Source: Mytilus californianus
Taxonomy: Eukaryota
Length of the DNA: 64,000 nucleotides
Direction: 5' to 3'
Assembly (NCBI RefSeq): GCF_021869535.1
Contig: NW_026262668.1
Coordinates: 133,610,001-133,674,000 of the forward strand
The number at the start of each line of letters is the position of its first letter. Positions within the stretch are counted from its first letter, which is position 1. The notes beneath the pieces were generated by a model. The model was not told where the DNA came from, did no database searches, and saw only the letters and a program-made list of their open reading frames with translations. The translations under genes were made by a program, and so were the position numbers. Shown in pieces: positions 15,301 to 27,300 of this stretch.

Positions 15301-18300
15301 ATTCCAGAAAAGTGGTTTTTTTTAATATTTATAAGCCTTAACTGCTAAGAGCTACCTTTAAAATAATTTTATAATTATATTCTTCAACTGACTTATCACA
15401 GTTTGGTTTTTGCCTTAACACTTTATATTTTTCTTAAACAGTTCAATAGAAAAATAGAATAGAATGAACCTTGCAAAAAAAAATTTTAACACCTGTATAT
15501 ATTAGTTTTGGTATAATACAATACCTGTATATTCTGTACTAGAATATTAAATGTGAGTTTTGATTATTCAAATGTTTATCCTGTAATATTTTTCAAATCA
15601 TTAAAATTTGCAGTAACTATTTACTTTCCAGTTACTATGTTTCATATGAATATCTATGTAACTTTGTAGTTACAATTACATTTTTCATTTGAAATGTTAT
15701 TGTGATAAAATGTATTTTAAATGGTAAATACAAATTGATATTTTACAGATTTATGATAGATAACTTACAGGAGGAGGATTTGTATCTTGTATCAATGACA
15801 CTGAAAGTATGCTGGGAATCTGATGGTTCAAACTGCCAACAACATATTATATTTAATAATGCTTTGCTACCAAAACCCTTGTGTAATTGGAATAAACCAT
15901 ACAAAATACCTGGTAAGTCTACTGTGTGATAGGAATAAACCATACAAAATACCTGGTAAGTTGACTGTGTGATTTTAATAAACCATACAAAATACCTGGT
16001 ATAAAGTTGACTGTGTGATTTGAATAAACCATACAAAATACCTGGTAAGTTGACTATGTGATTTGAATAAACCATACAAAATACCTGAGACATAAGACAT
16101 AAGACATAAGACATAAAGCTTTATTTAGAGTTGGTATGTGCAAATACAAGTATAAAACATAAGCTCTGAAGAGCTTTTAAAACCGACAGAGCAACAAATA
16201 AAACAAAACATACATATCAAGTCATGCACACATAAATTAAACATATAAAGCAAGAGTTCATATCAGTATATAAACATGCAGCACAAAAGTTAAGCTGGTA
16301 AGTTGACTGTGTGATTGGAATAAACCATACAAAATACCTGGTATAAAGTTGACTGTGTGATTGGAATAAACCATACAAAGTACCTTGTAAGTTGACTGTG
16401 TAATTGGAATAAACCATACAAAATACCTGGTAAGTTTACTGTGTGATTGGAAATAAACCATACAAAATACCTGGTAAGTTTACTGTGTGATTGGAAATAA
16501 ACCATACAAAATACCTGGTAAGTTTACTGTGCAATTGGAATAAACCATACAATGAGATAACTCTCCACAAGAGACCAAATGACACAATTGGAATAAACGA
16601 TACAAAAAATAGCCATACAAAATACCTAGTAAGTGAACTGTATAATTGGAATACACCTTATGGAAGGAATACTTTGTAAGGTTACTACATATTTGGATAA
16701 ATGTTATGGAATATCTTAAAGTTTGCTGTATAATTTGAAAAATGTTGAGGAATATCTTGGAGTTTTACTTGTCATTATTACCTGTATGTACCATTATACA
16801 AATGTATCTAATATGGTAGCTCAAATGATTTAATATATCATATATTATACATTTATTTCAATTTAAGGATGCAAATCTGTGATGCCAGCTGACATTGTAT
16901 TTGTTGTTGATGAATCTGGCAGTGTTGGACAGAAACATTTTGATGATACTGTGCAGGCCATTATTGATACTGTGAACAGTTTAGTGATCCGTGATGATCT
17001 TATCAATGTAGGAATGACCTTGTTTGAAGGTCATGGAACATCAAGAACAATTTTAAACCTAAAAGATGGCTATGATAAGACAAGAGTTAAAGAGACCTTG
17101 TCCAAAGCTGTATACAAGAATGGAATGTATACTGACATTGCTGATGCTTTTAGTTACACTTGTAATCAGATGTTTGTAGCTAATCAAGGAGATCGATCAG
17201 ATGCTGGCAATTATTTAGTTCTGTTGACTGATGGGAAATCTGACTCTACCAAGGCTGTACAACAAGCAGAATTATGTAGCAGTAAAGGCGTTAAAATTAT
17301 AACTGTAGGGATAGGAACAGGCATTGATGTAGATCTATTAAAGATGGTTGCCTATAAACCTGAGTATTTCATCAATACTGCATACAGTGAACTGAATACC
17401 ACCTTACCTACACTGGTTTCACACTCAGTAGATTGTAGTGCAGGTATACAGTCTTTACTTTACTGATTATTAAAAGTCTTAAATTCTTCTACTGTTGAAG
17501 AAATGGGTGGTGTTTGAAGTTACACTTTTACAAACAAGATGTTCATTCATTTGGAAACAACATGTGGTTCACTTGATCTCAGCTCTTCATTATTCAAACT
17601 TCAATTATAATTTTAAATTTTACTGAGAAAACCAATGATCCGCCATAAAGCAGTTTTTGTATTGTTTTATTGTCTTATTTAAGTCTTGTATACACTCATG
17701 CATACTTATATTATAAATAATTACAGATTTTTCTCTGGACAAGTTTCTGGATGACAGTGGATTGTTTAGTCTGACAGAGTTCAGTATATCCCAGCTTCTG
17801 GAATATCTTGGTGTATCTGAATACCTACAGGGTTGTGACAGGACACAGGCACCTTACATACCAGCTATAAATGGCTGGAATAATGGTAAGTTGTTTATAT
17901 CTTGGTGAATATAGATGCCTACACAGTTGTAAGACCCTTGCCAAGGAGGTTTCCATTTTGCAGTAAGGGACGTATAAAATGCAGCCAAATCTGGTCAGAA
18001 TGGTGATATTACATCCAACATATCTTGTTATGATGATGTCACTTTCTTTCTGCACAAGAAAGAACCCTTGCAGTAACTCTGTAGAGAAGCCACTGGTATG
18101 CAAAATTGTTGCCACTACCTGTCATTCCCACTTGTTCAACATGTTCATGTTCAACAGCAGTCCAAATTCTTATCCTTATTCCAAGTCAACCAGCTTTACT
18201 TGACCAAATTCTTTCAACAGCAGTTCAATTTCTGGTCCTTATTCCAAGTGGACCAGCTTTACTTGACCAACTTCTTTCAACAGCAGTCCAAATTCTGGTT

Positions 18301-21300
18301 CTTATTCCAAGTGGACCAGCTTTACTTGACCAACTTCTTTCAACAACAGTCCAAATTCTGGTCCTTATTCCAAGTCAATCAGCTTTACTTGACTAACTTC
18401 TTTCAACAGCAGTTCAATTTCTGGTCCTTATTCCAAGTGGACCAGCTTTACTTGACCAACTTCTTTCAACAGCAGTCCAAATTCTGGTTCTTATTCCAAG
18501 TGGACCAGCTTTACTTGACCAACTTCTTTCAACAACATTCCAAATTCTGGTCCTTATTCCAAGTCAATCAGCTTTACTTGACTAACTTCTTTCAACAGCA
18601 GTTCAATTTCTGGTCCTTATTCCAAGTGGACCATCTTTACTTGACCAACTTCTTTCAACAGCAGTCCAAATTCTGGTCCTTCTTCCAAGTGGACCAGCTA
18701 TACTTGACCAACTTCTTTCAACAGCCATTCAATTTCTGGTTCTTATTCCAAGTGGACCAGCTTTACTTGACCACTTTCTTTCAACAGCAGTCCAAATTTT
18801 GGTCCTTATTCCAAGTCAACCAGCTTTACTTGACCAACTTCTTTCAACAGCAGTTCAATTCTCTGGTCCTTATTCCAAGTGGTCCAGCTTTACTTGACCA
18901 ACTTCTTTCAACAGCAGTCCAAACTCTGTTTCTAATTCCAAGTGGACCAGCTTTACTTGATCAACTTCTTTCAACAGCAGTCCAAATTCTGGTCCTTCTT
19001 CCAAGTGGACTAGCTTTACTTGACCAACTTCTTTCAACAGCAGTTCAATTTCTGGTTCTTATTCCAAGTGGACCAGCTTTACTTGACCAACTTCTTTCAA
19101 CAGCAGTCCAAATTCTGGTCCTTATTCCAAGTGGACCAGCTTTACTTGACCAACTTCTTTCAACAGCAGTCCAAACTCTGGTCCTTATTCCAAGTCAACC
19201 AGCTTTACTTGACAAACTTCTTTCAACAGCAGTCCAAATTCTGGTCCTTCTTCCAAGTGGACTAGCTTTACTTGACCAACTTCTTTCATCAGCAGTCCAA
19301 ATTTCTGGTCCTTCTTCCAAGTGGACCAGCTTTACTTAACCAATATTGCTGATTCATTGTTTAAGTGTTCTGGTCCTGAATATGGATTAGAAATATTTGC
19401 CACTGAACATCAATAAATTATTATGGTGGATTATAGTTTTAGTACATGATTTATGGGGGATTCCCCCCATGAGAGGTGTTGTTGTGAATTTTAGAATTCT
19501 TTATTATATAAACTGAACACCTAAAAACTGGCATTCTAATGAGTTAAAAGGGTATTTAAGCACATATATACTCATTCAAACAATATAGTAGTAAAATAAA
19601 AACTTTTAGGACTATACAAGAGGAGCATAAGGTCCTCTTCATTTGAAATCCCCATGCAGATTTTGAAAAGTTCGCAGGTATGCAAGCTCTTATGAAATGT
19701 ATAGCCCCTAAACTTGAAAAACATGTGAGATTTAAATGTTTTATGTTGTGTTTTCCCAAACAGATGAAGATATGAAACTAATTATTTGTTTTATAATCAT
19801 GTTATTGGAAATTACAGAACTTGAGAGATATTACTTCTAGTCTTGGATTCTTAAAAGAAAAAGGATAAATCTCTCCTTTTTAGTCTGCTATTTTCAAAAT
19901 TTCCACTAAATTTATTAGTTAATTTAAGAACTGAAACATGGAAGAGATTAACAACTTAAATCTTGAGTCTTTTAATATATAAACTGTTCTTCGGTACAAA
20001 TGATTAGTAGTGCATGTGTTGAATGTTTCAGCATACCCATCAATGCCTACATTTAATGATGTATATATCTTCTCATGTTGTATATATTTCAGCATACCAA
20101 TCTTTACATGTGTTATATGATATTTTTTCTCATGTCTTATATTCCAGCATGCCCATCAATGCCTGCATTTAATGATATATCTTCTCATGCATCATGCTAT
20201 ATACCAGACACATGTACAGCTCTTGACTGTTGTATTGAAGTAGACAAAATAAAGAGACAATTTCATACCTATGTGGATATAGATACATGTAATTATAAAC
20301 TGACCGTGGTGATAGAAAAACTATATCTTGAATACTCCTTGGTTGACTATAAATGGGGAAAGAAAGAAAAATATTCACTGTTTGGATTGCTGAATTTACA
20401 GTAAGTGAAATTTTCTTATGAATCATTCAAAAATTGTCACTGTTGAAAAATAGTGGGAGGGAAAAAGGGGGGGGGGGGGGGATTTGGATTGCCACTGGAA
20501 AATGAGGATATATAGGATAGTGGCAGAAAATTTGCCTTTCACTATAAATACGGTGTGATTTGGGGTATATGTCAATGAGTCAGATACCCAATGACACATA
20601 AAATCTAGGGGTCAACATTCAGTCTTCAATAATAAACAAGTGCTGTAGGACACTTTTATGTATATTTTATCTTAAAGTTATAATTAAGAACTTAGAAAAT
20701 GATGATGTTATGTTTGATCTTAAAAGTTTACAATAAAGAACTAAAATGATGATGATGTTATGTTTTATTTCTAAGGTTTACAATAGAGAATTAAGGAAAT
20801 GATGGTGTTATGTTTTATTTCTAAGGTTTACAATAGAGAATTAAGGAAATGATGATGTTATGTTTTATTTCTAAGGTTTACAATAGAGAATTAAGGAAAT
20901 GATGGTGTTATGTTTTATTTCTAAGGTTTACAATAGAGAATTAAGGAAATGATGGTGTTATGTTTTATTTCTAAGGTTTACAATAGAGAATTAAGGAAAT
21001 GATGATGTTATGTTTTATTTCTAAAGTTACAATTGAGAACTAAGGAAATGATGGTGTTATGTTTTATTTCTAAGGTTTACAATAGAGAACTAAGGAAATG
21101 ATGGTGTTATGTTTTATTTCTAAGGTTTACAATAGAGAATTCAGGAAATGATGGTGTTATGTTTTATTTCTAAGGTTTACAATAGAGAATTCAGGAAATG
21201 ATGGTGTTATGTTTTATTTCTAAGGTTTACAATAGAGAATTAAGGAAATGATGATGTTATGTTTTATTTCTAAAGTTACAATTGAGAACTAAGGAAATGA

Positions 21301-24300
21301 TGGTGTTATGTTTTATTTCTAAGGTTTACAATAGAGAACTAAGGAAATGATGGTGTTATGTTTTATTTCTAAGGTTTACAATAGAGAATTCAGGAAATGA
21401 TGGTGTTATGTTTTATTTCTAAGGTTTACAATAGAGAATTCAGGAAATGATGGTGTTATGTTTTATTTCTAAGGTTTACAATAGAGAATTAAGGAAATGA
21501 TGGTGGTATGTTTTATTTCTAAGGTTTACAATAGAGAATTCAGGAAATGATGGTGTTATGTTTTATTTCTAAGGTTTACAATAGAGAATTAAGGAAATGA
21601 TGATGTTATGTTTAATTTCTAAGGTTTACAATAGAGAATTAAGGAAATGATGGTGTTATGTTTTATTTCTAAGGTTTACAATAGAGAATTAAGGAAATGA
21701 TGGTGTTATGTTTTATTTCTAAGGTTAACAATAGAGAATTAAGGAAATGATGATGTTATGTTTTATTTCTAAAGTTACAATTGAGAACTAAGGAAATGAT
21801 GGTGTTATGTTTTATTTCTAAGGTTTACAATAGAGAACTAAGGAAATGATGGTGTTATGTTTTATTTCTAAGGTTTACAATAGAGAATTCAGGAAATGAT
21901 GGTGTTATGTTTTATTTCTAAGGTTTACAATAGAGAATTCAGGAAATGATGGTGTTATGTTTTATTTCTAAGGTTTACAATAGAGAATTAAGGAAATGAT
22001 GGTGGTATGTTTTATTTCTAAGGTTTACAATAGAGAATTAAGGAAATGATGATGGTATGTTTTATTTCTAAGGTTTACAATAGAGAATTAAGGAAATGAT
22101 GATGTTATGTTTTATTTCTAAGGTTTACAATAGAGAATTAAGGAAATGATGGTGTTATGTTTTATTTCTAAGGTTTACAATAGAGAATTAAGGAAATGAT
22201 GATGTTATGTTTTATTTCTAAGGTTTACAATAGAGAATTCAGGAAATGATGGTGTTATGTTTTATTTCTAAGGTTTACAATAGAGAATTAAGGAAATGAT
22301 GGTGGTATGTTTTATTTCTAAGGTTTACAATAGAGAATTAAGGAAATGATGATGTTATGTTTTATTTCTAAGGTTTACAATAGAGAACTAAGGAAATGAT
22401 GGTGTTATGTTTTATTTCTAAGGTTTACAATAGAGAATTAAGGAAATGATGGTGTTATGTTTTATTTCTAAGGTTTACAATAGAGAATTAAGGAAATGAT
22501 GGTGTTATGTTTTATTTCTAAGGTTTACAATAGAGAACTTGGAAGATGATGATGTCTTATTAGTAAATCTGGATGTATCTGTATGTATGGAAAGGTCAGG
22601 ACCTTGTGAAGTACTAGTACAACTTTTACAGAATGCCACACTTCCTAAACCATTATGTAATTGGACAAGTGATTTCGTCATTAATGGTAAAGTTTGTATA
22701 TCTATGTCTATAAGATGAATATTTTCGCCCTTAAAGAAAGAATGAATCATTGTTTGTTTATGTTGATCTCATAATAGTTTTTACTAGGTTGTGATAAACT
22801 ATTCTAATATGATGTTCTTCTTTCACTTTGGAAACAAGCCATGTTCTAATTCCAATAAAACATGGGCTGCACGTGATTGACGTCACAATTGAAATAGCAA
22901 CGTCAGCTGTGTTTGAACAACGCCAGAAATCAAAATAGACATTTGTTTTGGTGTTGCTCGCTAGAAAATTAAATAAAATCATTCTAAAAGTAAATTTACA
23001 TGTTTCTTTTCATTTGTTTGTCGTGAAACGGTTGATTTTCTATAACGTTTTGGCTTCATCAAATCAAAATGGATGCCTTTTGAACGCGAATTATATGTCC
23101 GCTTTGAAGTACAAAAATTCTAAATTTTCCTATTAAAATCGAAATAATTCTATCATGCATGCCATGCTCTTTGCTAATTTTAACATGGGTAGGCATTATA
23201 TTTGTCAACCTTTTACTCCTCGCTAACGCTCGGTATAAAGATATTGACAAATATAATGCCTACCCATGTTAAAATGAGCATAGAGCATGGCATGAAAGAA
23301 TTATTTCTTAATTATGATAAGCTAGAAATAGCAGAAAAAAAATTTAGTAAAATGTCTCAATAACTCACAAAAAAATAGCACTGTCTGTCTATTTGTTAGT
23401 GTGTTCCCTGTTTTGTATGAAGTTACAGTTTTGGATAATGGTAAGTTACCATTAAGTTGTGGTCACATCACTGAATCATGCTCATTATTATGTGAACTTT
23501 TTTTTAAAAATGTATACCAAATTTCTGTTTTTATCCAGATTTCATGCTTCATTAAACATGGATATGTGATAGTGTGAAAGGGTCAGCGATTCCATAATAC
23601 TCCGTTTTAATTAGATATTGGTTGAGTGAGTGTAAATTTGAGTATATTTGCAATTTATCAATGTTTTGTCAGGTTAGGTAAATGATTCATATATATTTAT
23701 CTTGTAACTACAATTAATGCATTAATACAATTAACATTAAACTTTAAACATAAGTCATTGAAAGGTACCAGTACTGTTTTGTCCATAATCTCTAATGTTG
23801 AATAACAATGCAGATGGCATTAGTCAATGCTGGTTTGATATTTGAGATCTTAAATGAACAACACTTTTGAAAGAAAATTTACACATTTATTTAAACTTTT
23901 ATTTTAAAAATATATTAAAATAATGAAAGTTAAATAAGCAGTTTATTTGAAATGATATTGAAATTTTACTTTTATAGGTTTTTCCCTTGAAAAGTTTCTT
24001 GTGAACAGTGAATTAAGTACTTCTGTGAGTTCATTGTCATCAGAAATCACCAAGAAATTGTTAGAAACTCTTGGATTATCACCATTCCTATTGGAGAATC
24101 AGTGTGACCAACAAGATTCACCATTTCTACCCAACACTAATGGATGGAACAATGGTAAGACTGTAATGATAGATGTCTTAAAACATGCAAAAAAGGTAGA
24201 TTTTGTAAATGTCATAGATTTCATATTATTGCTAACTCATACATGTCAATTATGACATTGAATAAGGAGGACTAATTGTTATAATTTGACCAGGGTTAAT

Positions 24301-27300
24301 GAATATAAGCTTTGTTGGTGCTCCAGAAATTAACAAATGCTTTTAATTGGCAATTTTTGAATTGATCTTATGATTGATGTGAAAGCCTAAAAATTCTTCA
24401 TGTGGACCAATATTTCACTGCTTTTGTATTTTATTTCATTTCCACATTTTTATGTTTTGTATTGTAAACAAGATAATACATAAATTATGCTGTTAATAAT
24501 CTCAGTAGGCAGTATGACTTTACAGATCTGGTTGTATTAAAAACAAGTGGAAACTTTTTATATTCATTTACAGTTATTAAATAAAGGTATTTTGGGTTAG
24601 GCATATATGTATATGGATTATTGCTGTCAATATTTTTTTCCTTCACAGATTGTCCACATGAAATTGTCCTTCCCAGCCTCCCTGCCTCAACGAAATGTCA
24701 TGTTGGAGACTATTGTACTGGTATAACATGTTGTACTGAAGTAGAAGTGATCAGTAGATCGATTACAACCTCAGTCAGGATTGATCCCTGTCAATACACA
24801 TTAGAGGTACAGATTGAGAAACTAACAGTCAACATTAGTCTGGTGGATTATCAATTTGGAAAGAAAGATAACGTCTATCTGTTTGGAGTTATTCGTCTTG
24901 AGTAAGTAATATGTATTTATGTTAAGGGACAATCATGTGAACTGCAAGAGTAAAAACAGTAATTTAGGGGAGACATTCAAGATTGAGTATACATAACTCC
25001 ATCAGTTCAACCTGATTAGGGATTTTTTTGTTCCTCATTTACACAGCCATCTAAAATTGCTGAAACAAGTCAAGAATTATGTTTAATGTTGAAAAATTTG
25101 AATAATGTAAACTCAGAAATTATTACGTGCATTTATTATTGCGATTTTTAAAGAATGGACAAAAATGCGAGTTTGATTATTGTGATTTCTGCGTACAGAT
25201 ATATGTATCAGATATCAAAATGCAAGTTCTTATTATTTAGATACTCACCCAGTCACATTATTCGCATTAATAAAAACCTTGCAATATTTCAGAATTTACA
25301 GTAGATGTTCAATTTCTATAGTAAAGTACCTTTAATCTATTGGATAACAAAAGTTGATTGTTTTAATTGATAACTTGTTTCTTCAGTTATGACATAGAAG
25401 ACCTGAAGTATAAAAGACAGTTCTTAGTTAACCTTCAGTTGAGTATTTGTTTTGAGTCCAGTGGACCCTGTATGATAACTGTTCCAGTATTAGATAATGC
25501 CATACTGCCTAAATCTGTATGTGAATGGGAAAACAACTTTATTGATCCAGGTAAAGTCATTAATTCATTTACTTATCACACATTTAAAGTCAACATTTTT
25601 TTAATTTCTCATAAGTAGTTACCATGGTATGAAGTGTGCGATAAAAATTGATAAATGAATCCCTCCATATCCAATTTTTGTATCTGCTACAGATCCTTAA
25701 CTGCCTAACAGAATTTAGTGAAATCTTCACAGACTCTTGCACACATGGTGTACCTATTTTGCACTTATTATTTAAATTTTTTGTATAATGATTTTTTTGT
25801 GTTTACTTTTTCATATCCCCACACTGCAGTATACATTTGTATCTGCTTCTCCTATACCACTATTCAGAAAATGAAACTTTCTCAAAATTTTCAGGATATA
25901 ATGCCATTGTGAACCTTTCATTTTGTTTTTTTTTTGTTCCAAAAAGGTGTTTTGGCGTTTCCCTTAGCAAACCTTTGCCATTGCTGTGGTACCCATTATG
26001 TCTCATAAATCCCAAAACCCTTGTTACAACTTGTTTAAACTTTCTCAGAATCTTAACCAAGTAATGCCATTGTCTACCTCCTTTTGTTCTTTTATTCAAA
26101 TTAAATATGGGGGTTTTCCTAAGCCATTTCAGAGACATTACCATTGCTTTCTGTGTTGGCAGGATTATCATTTTGTGAACTGTGCTAGCAATACCTTTGT
26201 TTAAAGATATGTTTTTTACTCAAAATAAAATCCAAATAAATTAAGGAGATGTGGTATGATTGCCAATTCCAATGAGACAACCATCCAGCAAATAACATAG
26301 ATTAAAGAAATAATTGGTCACCCTGCAGCCTTCAACAATGAGCTAAACCCATACTGCATAGTCTGCTATAAAATGCCAAAAAAATGACAAAATGTTATCC
26401 AAATAAAAAACAATGTTAAAAAAACCAAGGCCTGATTATGACAAAATAATAAATGAAAAACAAATATAACAGACAGACACACAAGATAATCACTGAATGA
26501 CAAACTCCTGACTTTAGACATTCAAATAAATAATGAGGCCAGGTTAAACATGTTTGTCAGCACTAACATGGGAAAATGGTGTAGCAGTACAACATAAATA
26601 AGAGCAAACTGTCAAAATCAGTTGGAAATGGCTTGTCAGATTAGGGCTGTTCCATTAAAACATACATGGTACCCAGGGAAGGCACTTTGAAAACGGAGTG
26701 ACCACCCATAGAAGCGATTTTAGAGTCCTGCATAATTTTAAACCCATTAAACACAATATTTCGCACCCACCCATAGTGGCAAATTTAAGTTGCCTTCCCT
26801 GGGTCCCATATATGTTTTTATGGAACAGCATTTGGAAAAAACATAAAAACATCTAACATGAAGACAAAATATAAAAAAGTGACATTTGTATATACTGGTA
26901 AATTTTCTGATTTATTTTTTTTTAAATTTCTTTCCAGAATTTTCATTTGATAAATACATAAAAGATTCCTTTGGACTCAGTAATGGAGCCATCTTAAGTG
27001 ATTATCAGAGGAAGAAATTAGGCGACATTTTAGGCATAACTGAATTCTTAATGGATAAAAAGTGTTCAATGTCTGACCTACCATACACTGGAACCGGCTG
27101 GAATAATGGTATCTGATTTTACTTTTTTATGCTTAAATTTTGATTTATATAATTTGTCAAAGATTATATTGCATTTATTATGTAGAAATATAAAAGGTTA
27201 CAATATATTTTGTTTATGTAAAATATGGATAAAAGAAAACTTGAAAATAAGTATTTGGTATGCAACATCCAACAATTTCATTTCTAACTACAGTAAATTC

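Noticed and set aside
14735-16505. Minus-strand ORFs at 14735, 15743, 16217, 16258 and 16290
   Set aside because: Translations of tandem-repeat units or antisense to real exons.
17825-18115. Minus-strand 96-aa ORF with a few words (GFF, DI, ILTR) loosely like a nuclease helix
   Set aside because: Needs several gaps, overlaps exon 19 antisense and has no splice context; treated as chance.
18098-19339. 413-aa ORF, the longest in the track
   Set aside because: It is a 63-bp minisatellite with a frame-switching indel; it has no splice signals that fit the host gene's phases and no recognisable domain.
20466-20482. Long G homopolymer
   Set aside because: Single run, error-prone in sequencing, no further structure.
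20650-22522. Regular array resembling a CRISPR locus
   Set aside because: Head-to-tail units with no unique spacers, no cas genes, eukaryotic intron context; the unit derives from the adjacent exon junction. The same holds for the 41-, 70- and 108-bp arrays.
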